64,000 nt of DNA from the human T2T-CHM13v2.0 reference genome, Homo sapiens. Every line of letters begins with the position of its first letter. The first letter of the stretch is position 1. The position numbers were made by a program, and so were the translations under genes. Below, piece by piece: positions 37,441 to 51,639 of the stretch. A model generated the notes under the pieces. The model had not been told where the DNA came from. It did not search any database and was given only the letters and a program-made list of their open reading frames with translations. The stretch covers positions 42,784,001-42,848,000 of the forward strand of contig CP068257.2 of the NCBI GenBank assembly GCA_009914755.4. The letters run 5' to 3'.

Positions 37441-40400
37441 AGAGGAGCCCAGGCCGGGCCCTCTCCCTGCTGGTTTCCTGTTGGGCTTTGGAGCCCCAGA
37501 TGCCTGCCCAGAGGCTTCCTTGTGCGGGGTGGGGTCCAGCAGTGGGGGATGGGCCCAGAGCTGGTATAGCCACCAGCAGAGCCATCCTGATCCACAGGAC
37601 CATCCCTGGTGGGGTGGGGCCCCCTGGGGCAGGAAGGCCACTGAGGCCAGGGAGACTCCCAGGCCCACTCACGGCGCAGGCCCCACAGGAGCTGGCTGGA
37701 GGCTATGGGTGCGGGGCGTGGGCCTGCCGGGGGTTGCGTGACAGGCAGTGGGGAGTGGGTTGTGCTGGCAGCTGTGGGTGAGTGAGGAGGCTCCTCTCAT
37801 GAAGGGCCCTGGGGAAGTGGAATCTGGCCCTGAGAGACCCCCGGCCTCCTCTGCAGGGGCTGCTGGCAGGAGGGGAACCGGGGACCACCTCCCGCCACAG
37901 AGCCTGGGGCCCCCAGCCTTGCCTACAGGGAGGGTAGATGAGAGTGTAAACTGCATATGAGGTTGGGCTAAACCTGGACATGTGTTTCATAACCAAAGCA
38001 GCCAGGAATCTCCGGCTCTGCCCAGTGATCATCTGGGCAGGACATGGGGACGAGTGTCCAGGCTGAAGTCAGGGCCCGGCCAGCAGAGGGCCATTTTGTA
38101 TTGAGCTCCACAGCTGGTCACATTCTGTGGAATGTGCAGACGTGCACGGCCCATCAGACAGGGTCTGGAGTGGGGCTGCCGTCTTGGGCAGCTCCTCCCG
38201 GGTGTCTGCAAAATGCAGAGGTCACCAGAGCCAAGGCAGCAAGGCAAGGAGCCCGGCTTCTAAGGAACTCTGAGCAGGTGTGGTCCATGGCTGGGAGGCA
38301 GCTGGCCCCACAGCACATAGCACGGAGGGCGGCGCGGAGTCCTGGACGCTCTTGGCAGGTCCCCTCATGGAGGATGTGGGGGATTGGCTTAGGCCTGGTC
38401 TGGCTGGCCTTCCTGGACCGCAGTGGCCAGGAGCTGAAAACCGTGACCCCAGTCTCCCTGCAGCTGTTCTTGATGGGATTTCTGTTCGCCAGTCAGATGC
38501 ATTTGCACAGGACTTGGATCCTGAACTGTGTAACCTGGAGAGGCAGGTGTGAGCGGGCCATGCTGCTGGCCCAGCCTGTGCCGGTGTCTGTTTCTGTTGT
38601 CTCTCGGCCCTTCTGTGAGCCCTCAGTAAAGCTCTTCGTGCTTCAGTCAGCAAGTGTGGATTCTGTCGTCGGCAACTCTGCGGCCCAAACCCCGAGCCTC
38701 CCCCTCCCCCAGACCTTGCAGTGCCATGGAGCTGAGGGACCTGTGGATCCACAGCTGTGGCCCCGGAAGGGCTGCAGGAGCTGAACCTGCGTGAGCCCCG
38801 CAGAGGGTGCAGAGCCGGCTTGTGCAGGCTCCCAGCAGGCTCATGACAGCGCGGATGGTTAAATGTAGCTCCTGACAGCCAACTGTTAAGGTTTCAGGCA
38901 TTTTTGCACCAGGTGACATGATGGTAGCCTGAACGTGACCTTGGCAGCAGTCTCTACATCAAGGAAACTGGCAAATGTCAACATGCTGGGTACCCTCGCT
39001 CCTGCCGCCGCAGGCTGTCAGTGTCTTCCAGCCCACACTGCGGGGGGCCTTGTTGTGTGGCTGCCTCCCAGGCTGGGGCGAGGGTCTCCAGAGACCACCA
39101 TCGTGCAGGCTCTTGGTCAATAGCAGGGTGTGGTGCTCCTGCCAGGGGACGCATTCTCCGTGTGACCTCTACACCCCAGGTCAGGTCAGGATGTGATTTG
39201 CTTCTCCAGGGCCGTGACTCACTAGATCCACCTCCCACTGGTGCCTGGTGGCCCCCGACAGCCCTGGCCCTGTCCAGGCCCTGGCCTGTCCTACAGTCAC
39301 AGGTGCTGGCCTGTCCCTGCTGTCCTCCTGACCACCTGGTGCTCCCGGCCACCCTGCCCGCCCCCCTGTCTCCTCGGGACAGCCTGGCTGCCTCCACTTG
39401 CTGGCCCCTGCCGGCCCACCCTCTTTCCAAGCCTGCCCTGCCCCTCAGCTCCTGGGGTGGGGAGGGGAGACCTCGCCTTCTGCCTGCAGCGACTCCCACC
39501 TGTCACGGAGCCCCCCTGCAGCACCACCAGGCCCTGCCCTTTCCCAAGCAGAGGGATGGGACAGCCGTGCAGATCTCAGGTCCCGCCCCTAGGGAAGGGC
39601 CTCGCTGCAGAAGCCAGGCTGCTCACCTTGGAGTGTGGGGAACCAGCGCCCCTTTCAGCACCCGGTGGTGTCTCTCTGTGGGAAGGGAGCGGTTTTATCC
39701 AAGCAGGACACTGTTTTCTGTAGTTTTACCTTCTTTCAAGAAATGTCGTATATGAGACCTCCGTTGAGTGTGGCAGCTGTTCATTGATATTCCATTGGAT
39801 GCACTAGTGTGTCCTAGTCCCCACGATCAATGTGTAAATCGTAACATCCAATCATAGCGAGTTTCACACACACAGGAATAAATAAATGGAGAGTGCTGTA
39901 CCGGGCTCCATTCGCCTCCTCCTGCCGTGATGCAAGCCTGCTCTACCTGGCTTCCCATCCTCACACCCGCCTACGTTCTCCCTCCAAATGAGTAAAAGCA
40001 AATCCCAGACCTCAAAAACAAAAACAAAACAAAACAAAACCTATCTGTAAATATCAGCAGGAGCTGTTCACACATAGGGCCTCTTTTTTGTCTTAAATAT
40101 ATAACCGCAAAACCACCATCCACCTGAAAATGACATTCCAGCAGTTCCTGAGTCTTCCTCGCTCGGTGCTCACATCTCCCTGACGGTCTCATCGTATTTT
40201 CCGGGCTTGCTGGAATCAGAGTCTCCCCAGCGCTCCGCCGAGGCCGCTGGCCAAGGCCTCTTAGGTCTATTAGCTTATGGGCCCCGTTTGTCTGCTGTCG
40301 GCTCCCCTCGCGGTGGTTCTGCTGAAGCAGCCTGGCTGCCGGCCCGGGGACACCCTGCCTGGATTCCGCGGCGCCCCCACGCGCCTCTGTGAATGCGTGG

Positions 40401-41829
40401 GCTCGCTGGATTTCCCGCAGGGCTTGCTGGCCACGCTCTCCCGTCAGCTGTGTGTCTTCCGTTGCCTCCCGGGGACGTTTGTAGCTGCTGTTCATTCGCA
40501 GGGTGATTGAGCAGGATCCGCTGGGCCATGAGCCCTCTTCACTTGTTAGCTAGAATCTTCCAGGAAGCGCATCGGTGCCTCCTTCCCTGTGCCTGGTTCC
40601 TGCGGGACGGCGGGAGGGTCACTGGCCACGCTCCTTGATTCACCGAGTGCAGGGTGAAGAGCTGCCTCCTCTAACAGTGACAGTCATGTTGTAAGCATCA
40701 TTTTGCGTGGCTCTAAACACATTTGGTGGCCTTACTTTCCCTAATGCAGCCACAGCATCCTGTCTGTGACCAGAGGCACCTCCGCATCTGCTCTGTCTTT
40801 ATGACCAGCCCTCGTTGTCCTTGCAGCTTCGTGGCTCTTGGGTGGGACAAGGGGTCCTTGTCTTGTCCCCTCCTGCCCTGGCCCTGGGGAGCCCTGATTT
40901 CTTTGGGGAGGAGAGGCATCCACAGCCTGGACTTGACAGGTGCTCGCCGTGAGCCAGCCCTGCCTCTCAGGCCTGCCTGGTCTGTCTCCTCGAAAGGTCA
41001 AACAGCCCGTGGGCTCCCATGGATGCTTCCTGTGGCCCAGGGCTAAGGTGCCATCCTCCCACCCTCGCCTGGCCCTCGGTGGCATCTCCACCTCACCTCG
41101 GCTCCAAGCACCCCAGAGGCAGAGGGTTCCGCCTTCATTTCACCTCCCTCTTCAAGGCCATCCCCGTGGTGGGCAGAATCGCAGCCCCCAGAGATGTCCC
41201 TATCCTCATCCTGGCAGCCTGTGAAGATGTTACTTTATGTGGCAGAAGGGACTTTGCAGGTGGGATTAAATCCAGGACCCAGAGATGGGCGATGTCCTCA
41301 CAGGGTCCTAGTAAGTGGGGGGCGGGAGCTGTGAGCACAGGGGGTCGGGGTGCTGTGCGGCTGCCTTGGAGGTGGAGGGGGGCACCCTGAGCCACGCATG
41401 GGAAAGGCAGGAAACAGGTTCTCTCCTGGAGCCTCCAGAGGGAACCAGCCCTGGCAGTACCTTGATTGTAGCCCCGTGAGACCCGTGTCCAACCTCTGAC
41501 CTCCAGAATTCTAAAATAGATGGCGTCGGTCAAACCCCAAGTTTTTGGCAATTTGTTTCAGCAGCCACAGGACACCAGCCACCTCCCCACAGTGAGAGCT
41601 GCCCACGTGGGCAGAGCCGATGGCCCTCGTGCTCTGGGCACCCTGGGCACCGTCCCCAGGGCTCAGTTCTGGGGGTGAGTGTGTCTTTAATGCCATGGCC
41701 TAGTGACCACAGGGAGCTCACATTGCCTCTGTCAGCCTCTCCTGCTTCCCTGCAGGACAGGAGTGTCCCTCCCAGATGGGACAGGGGCTGTGGTGTGGGG
41801 TGGCTCAATGCTGCTGGCCACCTGGATCC

Positions 41830-42720
41830 TCACACACACTCGGGCGCACACACAGGCACACACACACACTCTCACTCTCCCTGTACACACACACACACAT
41901 GCTTACTCTCCCTGTACACACACACACACACGCTCACTCTCCCTGTACACACACATTCTCCCTGTACACACACACTCTCCCTGTACACACACACACATGC
42001 TCACTCTCCCTGTACACACACACTCTCCCTGTACACACACACACATGCTCACTCTCCCTGTACACACACATTCTCCCTGTACACACACACTCTCCCTGTA
42101 CACACACACACATGCTCACTCTCTCTGTACACACACGCGCATGCTCACTCTCCTTGTACACACACTCCCTGTACACACACTCCCTGTACACACACACACG
42201 CTCACTCTCCCTGTACACACACATTCTCCCTGTACACACACACTCTCCCTGTACACACACACACATGCTCACTCTCCCTGTACACACACACACTCTCCCT
42301 GTACACACACACACATGCTCACTCTCCCTGTACACACACATTCTCCCTGTACACACACACTCTCCCTGTACACACACACACATGCTCACTCTCCCTGTAC
42401 ACACACGTGCATGCTCACTCTCCTTGTGCACACACTCCCTGTACACACACACACACGCTCACTCTCCCTGTACACACACATTCTCCCTGTACACACACAC
42501 TCTCCCTGTACACACACACACATGCTCACTCTCCCTGTAACACACACACACTCTCCCTGTACACACACACACGCTCACTCTCCCTGTACACACACACGCT
42601 CACTCTTCCTGTACACACACACACACGCTCACTCTCCCTGTACACACACACACTTGATCTCACTGCACACACACACCAGCACACACGCTCACACACATTG
42701 TCTTACACACCTGAGCTGGG
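41830..42720. repeat. ~0.9-kb complex CA/TG-rich minisatellite with higher-order units (…ctccctgtacacacacacacatgctcactct…)
   Basis: Direct tandem structure. It generates spurious 355-457-aa Thr/His-rich ORFs and Cys/Val-rich ORFs on the other strand. Confidence 0.9.
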
Positions 42721-42879
42721 GACCGATGAGACTGACCGATGAGAGTTCAGTGACAGCAAAATCCTGCAGCCTCGTGACAGGGCTCAGGGAGGGCTGCCTG
42801 CCTGGGAGGGGACAGCAGCCATGGCCTCACGTGGCCAAGGTTGCTAGAGAGGGGGCCTCAGGTCATCCTCACATGGGCC

Positions 42880-43030
42880 TGGTTTGCTGGTCGTATTTCT
42901 ATTTTCAGATGAGAAACTTGAGACTGAGGTCCAGAGGGGAGAAAGGACGCACTCAGGACAGGGCTTGTTTGGGGCACAGCTGGGCTGGAGTCGGGGTCTC
43001 TGACACCCAGCCCTGGAGACCCTCTCTCGG
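42880..43030. mobile_element. MIR (ancient SINE) fragment
   Basis: ttttcagatgagaaacttgagactgaggtccagagggg…gggctggagtcggggtctctgacacccag matches the MIR core. Confidence 0.7.
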
Positions 43031-44820
43031 CAACCTGGGCCATGGCAGTTGTCAAAACAAATCGGCAAGTCCTTGATGGAGCCCCAGAAGGGAGAGTGGC
43101 CAGTGCCACGGTGAGCAGTGCCCAGGGCCACGCTGGCTAGGAGCGGGGCTGCCTATGCTGGGAGCCCTGTGCACTGGGCTCTGCACCCGTAGCCATGGCA
43201 ACGATGCTGGCTGGAGATGGAGTGGACGCTCAGGTGCCGCTGGATGATGCCGGCCACCTGCAGTTTTGGGGCCCAGCTGGAGGTCAGCAGGGTGGACTCA
43301 CAACCCCCTGAGTTCAGGTACAGGGAGCTGTGGAGACAGGCCCACCCAGGCTGACCTTCCCCAGAGCCTTGCTGTCACGGAGAGGAGGGGGCGTTGGAGG
43401 AAGGGCCACAAATGCAGGAGAGGGGGCAATGGCCTGGGACAAGATGGAGAACAGCCACCCGTTCCCCAGTACAGCCAGGTCAGGACACGGATCCCAGCAA
43501 GCCCTTTGGATGGGGAGACTGAGGTACAGCTGATGACTCACCCTAGGTGATACCAGCTGTGAGAGCCGGAGTGGGGATGCAGACAGGGAGGGTGGCCAGT
43601 GGCCACCTGCGAGGACTCAGCAGCCAGGGCGATGACGCCAGAGAGTCAAGGCGTGAGAACCCCCGAGAAGAAGAGTGAGTGTCATTCACCTAACGACGCG
43701 GTGACTGCACATTTGCCCAAGTTGTAACTGTGGCAGGTGCAGCGCGCAGACCAGGCAGGAGATGGAGAGACGTCCAGGGGGAGGTCTCGCTGTGTCAAGG
43801 TGCTCAGCTCCAGGTGCCAGCCGGCCCGAGACAAAAGTGGACCAGCCTTGACGCCCTGGTCTGCCGCCTCCCTCCATTGCCTGCCTCCCCGGCTGCATAC
43901 ACGTTCAGATTTTAGGCGATCAGTGGTGGACCCTACAGGCCTCTGTGGGCAGTGGTCACCTCGCTCTGCGCTTACCCCAGGGGCTCGCGGCTTCAAAGGG
44001 TCTGGGTGCCAGGTGGGCCCCAGAACAGCTCCCGATGTGACCCCTACCCAGGCTGCACCAGGGAGCCCCCTCCGTGCACACAGGTGCGCTGGAGGTAGCC
44101 TCCTGGGATGGGCCAGGTGAGCTGGAGGTAGCCTCCTGGGACCGGCCAGGTGACCTGGAGGTAGCCTCCTGGGATGGGCGCCCTGTCTCCTGTCCTCACA
44201 CTCAGCTTGGCAGCATGCTGGGGAAGCTGCCCTCTCGACCCTCCTGGGCACAGCTTGCACTTCTGAGCCCCAGCCAAGGCGAGTAGGCGGGCGCAGGTGA
44301 CGGGCTCAGGGTGCTGCCCGAGAGCAGCTCTGCTCCCGGTCAGCGGGACCCAGGTCTCCGCAGGCTCCGGGTGCCTCTGATGTCCCTGTAGCCACTGGCA
44401 GGGGTGACGAGATCCAAGGCTCCGGGTGGAAACGCCAACCTCCGATCCTTGCCCTGGGCCTCAGCCGAGAAGTCACGTGGACCCAGAGCCTGTGGAAATC
44501 ACGATGATTGGGCCGTGAAGACAGAGGGTTCCTGAGCAAGTCATTCGAATCAGCATCACCAGAAAGCGGATGCCTCATCAGTCTTCAGGTGTTTAGCAGC
44601 CCAGGGACAAGGACTGGGAAGGGACACTTCTGTCCAGAGTCTAGCCCCGGACTCAGGGCTCGGCTGCTGCTGTTGCATTCCCTTGGTACCTCGTGGGTAT
44701 CACTTAGGATTTAAGCCTGTTTTTCACCAGTTGGGTCTCTTTCATGCCTGGGTGTAGCCACTGGAGTGAACCCAGCCCTTGGTGTGCCGTAGCTTCAGCA
44801 TTTGTGCTGGTATTTCAGAT

Positions 44821-44859
<39 letters not shown>

Positions 44860-44863
44860 TTTT

Positions 44864-45003
44864 TGAGATGGTGTCTCACTCTGTTGCCCAGGCTGGATTG
44901 CAATGGTCAGCTCACTGCAACCTCTGCCTCCTGAGTTCAAGTGATTCTCCTGCCTCGGCCTCCCAAAGTGCTGGGATTACAGGCGTGAGCCACCACGCGC
45001 TGC
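44864..45003 (-). mobile_element. internally deleted Alu preceded by (TTTA)n microsatellite 44818-44863
   Basis: Left-arm and right-arm Alu motifs are present with the middle missing. Confidence 0.7.
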
Positions 45004-45354
45004 CAATGCAGCCCTTTTTAATAAATGACATGAGTCACAAGAGAATCTCCAAGAATTACTAGGTAAAACTACTTAGGAAGGAATACTTGGCTTCCAGGTA
45101 TTAAATTACACGAAAATGCTCAGTAAACAAATCAACCTACAATTGGCATAACTTTTGGAAAGGTTAAAGTTACAAATGTTGGAAATAAAAAGATTCTAGA
45201 ATAGAACTGGCTTTTTTTTTTTTTTTTCATTTTAGGGAAAAACATTCTTAAGGTAAAACAATGGAAGTAAGTGAAAATGGAAGATGCCTGTCCAGTGTGA
45301 CATGTTTGTGAAATATATAGTTTTATATATTTTAAAATATAAGTAACTAGATCT

Positions 45355-45520
45355 GGGCTGGGCACAGTGGCTCACGCCTATAATCCCAGCACTTTAGGAG
45401 GCTGAGGCGGGTGGATCACCTAAGGTCAGGAGTCACTTGAACCTGGGAGGCGGAGGTTGCAGCGAGCCAAGATCATTGCACTCCGGCCTGGGCGGCAGAG
45501 CGAAACTCCATCTCAAAAGA
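45355..45520 (+). mobile_element. internally deleted Alu, followed by (GGGGA)n 45540-45572
   Basis: ggctgggcacagtggctcacgcc…gaacctgggaggcggaggttgcagcgagcc…. Confidence 0.7.
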
Positions 45521-46239
45521 AAAGAAGAGAAGAGAAGGGAAGGGGAGGGGAGGGGAGGGGAGGGGTTGCATTGGGATTTTGATTGGAATTGCATAGAAAC
45601 TCCATATTAACGTGGGACATTTTACAATGCTAGGACATCAGTTTGAAGGTTTGTCTAAGTCTTTGTGTCCTGCAGTCTGATTTTGTTTATTTCTAGGGCA
45701 TGTGGACAGTTTTAACCAGGTCCTCTTCCCGTATGATGCGGGGAAGGGGACAGTGCGGTGAACTTTGCAGATGGCGAAAAGACCCAAGTTTTATGCGCCT
45801 AGACTAAGGAGGAGGATACTTCCCAAATGGTAGCTAATTTCTAGACGCTTGGTAGTTAAGTTTATTTGGAGGTGATAAGCATGTTGTTGGGAAATGATCT
45901 GGCTTACATGTGCTATGTGTGATCTATAATTACATGTCCTATGTAATGTTAAGGATTATCTGTACTGGGTGATACTCACATACTTGAGAACTGGGTTTGT
46001 GGATTTTGGCCTGGTTGACGTATGACAGGTTGTCACAACAGTTCATCTTCTTGCTTAATATTCATGCGGGGCACAACTTAATGTACAATAATACACAAAC
46101 GTACAATGTGTGATGAAACACATAGCACATCATTAAAAGTGGCAAGCACAATGTTCATGGTTATCGTAATAATTTATAGGAGTTTTTCCAATACTGACAT
46201 GGCAGTTAATATTAATTAATTGCACCTCAAGTATGAATG

Positions 46240-46373
46240 TCAGGGGGTAAAGTAGAATCACGCTTTGGGTACCAGTGGTGGAGCAGATAGCTTCTTCCTC
46301 GAATTGGCCTAGGGAGGAGTGCTCTCCATTTTTGGTTTACAAGACCAGAGTCACATAAATATACCACAAGGAC
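46240..46373 (-). pseudogene. NUMT copies of mt tRNA-Thr and tRNA-Pro (followed toward lower coordinates by D-loop-derived sequence to ~45600)
   Basis: tagaatcacgctttgggtaccagtggtggagcag…tttttggtttacaagaccagagtcacataaatataccacaaggac matches revcomp mtDNA tagaatcttagctttgggtgctaatggtggag…aggttttcatctccggtttacaagactggtgtattagtttatactacaaggac. Confidence 0.75.
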
Positions 46374-46767
46374 TTCTTCCTTTCAGTAGCTTGTCTTCGA
46401 TTCAGCTAGTGAGTGGTATTAAAAGGAGAATGAGAGGGAAATACATAGTGGATGCTTCTTGACCAACCATAATGAAAGGCTGTTCAATGGGCTGACCCCC
46501 GAGCCACGTATGTGTGAGAAGCTCTGCTCCTAGAATTCAAATGGACATTAGCTGAATGGTGGGATATTATGGATGCTCCATTGTTTAGACAGGTGAAGTA
46601 TTGGGACAATGGCCAGGATGAGAACAGAGAAGACAGGGGCCAGAATTCCTCCTGAGGTATTGGGAATGGAGCATAGGGTTGATGTGTCATTCTGGTTTGA
46701 TGTGAGGTGGTGCGTTAGGGGATTTGCTGGGCTATAATTATCTAGGTCTCCTAGTAGGTCAGGTTAA

Positions 46768-47119
<352 letters not shown>

Positions 47120-47356
47120 CTAAAATGTTTTTAATTGTGTAGTATGGGTGAAATGGGATTGTGCCACATCTGATGAAATTCCTGATGGGTTGTTGGATCC
47201 CGTTACCTGAAGGGAGAGAAGGTGGACAGCTACCAAGGCAGCGACGCTGAAGGGTAAAGTGAAGTGAAAAGTGAAGAATCGTGTCAGGGTGGCTTTGTCA
47301 ACTGAAGATCTGTCTCCACCTGACTCCACTAGATAGGTGCCAGTGCATGGAATAGC

Positions 47357-48544
47357 TGATCACAGGGTTGTGATCACTGTGTGTGAGCGCTCCTTGTATG
47401 AGTCTGTTCTCACACTGCTGTAAGGAACTACCTGAGACTGGGTAATGGACGAAGAAAAGAGGTTTCATTGACTCACAGTTCTGTAGGCTGTATAGGAAGC
47501 ATGGCTGTGAGGCCTCAGGAAACTTACAACCATGGAGGAAGGCTAAGGGGATTCAGGCACCTTATTCACGTGACGGAGCAGGAGAAAGAGAGACAAGGGA
47601 AGAAGCGCCACACGCTTTTAAACCATCAAATCTCATGGGAACTTGCTCACTACTGAGGACTAAGCTCTCATTTTTTTTTTTTTTTTTTTTTTATCTTGCC
47701 CAAATTCCTATCTAGATGATCCTAAATCCTATCTGGATGGTCATGTCCTACAAACCATAAATTCTCATGAGATGGTTTTATTTAACCCTACATGTTGTGA
47801 CTTACTTTCCAGTCTGACTCTGGCATGACATTATGTGACAAAGAAGAAAGTCAAAATAATTTACCCCAAAACATGTTTCTTTGACATATCTTTGCTCTGC
47901 AAAGCTGTCCTTTGTGGGGGAAAATTTGCATCTCTAAAGAATCTGTATTAACATAGCTAGATCTTTTTCTTCCAAGTCCTCCCAATCCTGAAGAGATTAA
48001 AAGTCTAGCACCTTTTAAAGATTTAAATAGGAAACATTGTCATCTATTGTCTCTAAGGGCAGCCACTATGAGACTTCCAAAGAAACTTGGTCTCCACAAT
48101 CTTTTATCTTAACTAACATTTCCTTTCTATGATCCCAGGTCTTTAGACAAACTCAACCAATTGTTAACCAGAAAATGTTTAGATTCACCAAAAGCCTGGA
48201 AGTCCCCACTTTGAGTTGTCCCACCTTTCTGGACCAAACCAGTATATTTCTTAAATGTATTTGGCTGATGTCTCATGCCTCCCTAAAATCTACAAATCCA
48301 AGCTGTACCCCGACCACCTTGGGTACATGTTCTCAGGACCTCCTGAAGGCTGTGTCACAGGCCATGGTCACTCATATTTGGCTCAGAACAAATCTCTTCA
48401 AATATTTTACAGAGTCTGACTCTTTTTGTCGACACTATCATGAGAACAGCAAGGAGGAAATTCGCCCCTATGATTCAGTCGCCTCTCACCAGGCCCCTCC
48501 TCCAATTCGACATGAGATTTGGGTGGGGACACAAATCCAAAACA
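47357..48544 (-). mobile_element. nested LTR insertion into the NUMT: a THE1/MST-like MaLR LTR (47375-47665 and 48440-48548, minus orientation) itself split by another ~0.78-kb LTR-like element with a poly-T head (47665-48440)
   Basis: The reverse complement of the MaLR LTR start is present: …cactatcatgagaacagcaaggaggaa…gacatgagatttgggtggggacacaaatccaaaacatgtca. The complementary piece is …tgggtaatggacgaagaaaagaggtttcattgactcacag…gcctcaggaaacttacaaccatgg…. CYTB homology stops at 47356 and resumes at 48545. Confidence 0.65.
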
Positions 48545-48926
48545 TGTCACTCCTCAAAAAGACATTTGTCTTCATGGTAGGGCGTAGCCTATACATGCTG
48601 TTGCTATCACTGCCAATAGCAGAAATGATGTCAATGTTTCCGGTTTCCAGAAAAGTGTAGGACCCCTGGGATAAGCCTCTTCCTACATATATAAATAGGC
48701 AGATGAGAATATTGATGTCAATGTCAGATAACTCAGCCATAATTTACATCTCAGCAGATATGTGCAACAGAGGAAAATGCAGTTACTGTATCTGGTGTAT
48801 AATGTATAGCTAGAAAAAGTCCTGTAATGATTTCTAGGGCTCGGCAGACCCCTAAAAGTGAGCCGAAATTCCATCATGCAGAGATAGTTGATGGCACTGG
48901 GAAGTCAGTGAAGAAGTGGTTGATAA

Positions 48927-49271
<345 letters not shown>

Positions 49272-49283
49272 CAGCCATAGACT

Positions 49284-49352
49284 TCTTACAGTTGAAATAC
49301 AATGATGATTTTTTGCATCATTAGTCATGGTTAAATGCCATGTGAGAATTAT
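49284..49352 (+). pseudogene. NUMT copy of mt tRNA-Glu
   Basis: cttcttacagttgaaatacaatgatgattttttgcatcattagtcatggttaaatgccatgtgagaatt matches tRNA-Glu gttcttgtagttgaaatacaacgatggtttttcatatcattggtcgtggttgtagtccgtgcgagaata. Confidence 0.8.
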
Positions 49353-50129
<777 letters not shown>

Positions 50130-50130
<1 letters not shown>

Positions 50131-51548
50131 TGGCTGGTTGATCTTTATTTGTTAGGATTTTTATTGTAACTGAAGTTACTCAAGGGTATTGATTAGGAGT
50201 GTGGCTAGGAAAGTGGGGTGAGGAAAGAGAGAAAGTAAAGTTTGATTAGGCCTTTTTGGTTGGATACAGTTGTTGAGGTTAGTGTTTGGAGCTGCGTTGC
50301 ATTTGTTGGTATTGTTGTTCTATTCAGATCAGGTCTAGCTGGAGGGATGCTGTGTTTAGACCGGCAGTTAGATTCAAGTGTGGTGTCGGGCCAGGTGAAT
50401 TGGAATTGGGAAATATTCTAATAGGTTGGAAATTTATGTGGGTGTAAGCGGGGTTCAAATCTGAGATGACGTATGATGAAGTTGCATTCTATTGCCACCG
50501 TAAATGCTGAGAAGCCACAGCAAGAGCTGTGAATTGTGGGTCTGAGGGTGTGGTTATGTGGGGCAGAGAGATGGGAGTCATGATGGTGGAGGTGAAGAAT
50601 CCGGCAGAGGCACCACCAACTGAGTTGATTAGAAGGGGTCACTTTCCTTGATGACACAACCAGGTTGTGAAGCCAGGTTGCTCTAAGAGCGGGAAGACAG
50701 CATTCGAGTGTGAAGGCAGCTGTGAGGGAGGAGGCGAGGGGCAGAATCAGGAGGGCGCAGGTGTGGGTATATGTGTGTTTGTGGTTTTGACGATCAGGTC
50801 TTTGGAGCAGGTGCCCCCGAGGAAAGGTGCACACATGCGCGCAAGGCTGCCGGTGACGTGTGAGGACGAGGTCAAGGGTAAGGCTTTCAATAGGCCCTCA
50901 TTTTTTTGAATGTCTTCCATGGCTGATGGTGGTCATGGGCCCAATTCGTGGGAGAATATCAGCGTTAGGGTTGAGAATGAATATGTGTTGAAATTCTCCC
51001 GTGTTGGAGCACAGTGGAAATCATGCTGCAATGAAACCGATTCTCCCATGAGGTCGTAGAAGCTGCTTGCAGGGCTGCTGCGTTAGCCTCTGCTCCATCA
51101 GCCAGGTGGTGGAAATGATATAATACCTACTCCTCCCCATCTGATACAAGTTGAACTGGATGGTTGGTGGTGACTAGGATTAGCAGCATGGTGAGAAATA
51201 TGGGTAGATATTTAAAGAATTGATTGGTATTAGGATCTGAGTGCATATGTTACATTGAGAACTCTGTAAATCACCATGTGACAAAAAGTGCTATTGGTAA
51301 TAATCGCGTTTAAAACTAAGTGAGAGCTTTCGGGTTTGGATAGTTATTCAGGGTCAGTGTGAGATAATAGTTGCTTGGCCCGAGTGAATAAACATGAGAG
51401 CTGGGGTAATTCTGGTAATGAAGTTTGCACACTGTGGACGTCTTTACTGAATTGGGTAGGCGTTATCTCGACAGGTGCTGGTTGAGTAATAACAGTTGGT
51501 GAAGTCAATAAGATTCATGAAGTTAGAATGAAAGAGGAGAATACATTT
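50130..51548 (-). pseudogene. NUMT copy of MT-ND5 (appears ~0.4 kb shorter than the 1812-bp human gene; internal deletion(s) likely)
   Basis: The reverse complement aligns by eye to the ND5 5' region (…tcaaatatctactcatcttcct… vs …ttaaatatctacccatatttct…) and to the ND5 3' end (ttgtaattgagattgctcggggg vs ttgtaactgaagttactcaaggg at ~50130-50200). It is not an intact ORF. Confidence 0.7.
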
Positions 51549-51619
51549 ATTACTTTTATTTGGAGTTGCACCAATTTTTTGATTCCTAAGACCGATGGAT
51601 TACTTCTATCCTTTAAAAG
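51549..51619 (-). pseudogene. NUMT copy of mt tRNA-Leu(CUN)
   Basis: The reverse complement reads acttttaaaggatagaagtaatccatcggtcttaggaatcaaaaaattggtgcaactccaaataaaagta, versus mt acttttaaaggataacagctatccattggtcttaggccccaaaaattttggtgcaactccaaataaaagta. Confidence 0.8.
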
Positions 51620-51639
51620 TTGAGAGAGAAAAAACAAAA

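Noticed and set aside
41675-43076. ORFs of 355 aa and 457 aa (+), and Cys/Val-rich ORFs on the minus strand
   Set aside because: They are generated by the CA/TG-rich complex minisatellite and consist of a periodic HT/LS peptide. They are not coding.
45003-45355. Possible extension of the NUMT below 45600
   Set aside because: Sequence below ~45530 is a partial Alu, and below that it is AT-rich without the GT strand bias or any mtDNA similarity I could recognise. The D-loop-derived part is also the least conserved. The boundary is therefore placed approximately at 45600 with stated uncertainty.
48175-48660. 161-aa + strand ORF
   Set aside because: It spans LTR-derived sequence and a NUMT CYTB fragment read on the non-coding strand. 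It is not a gene.
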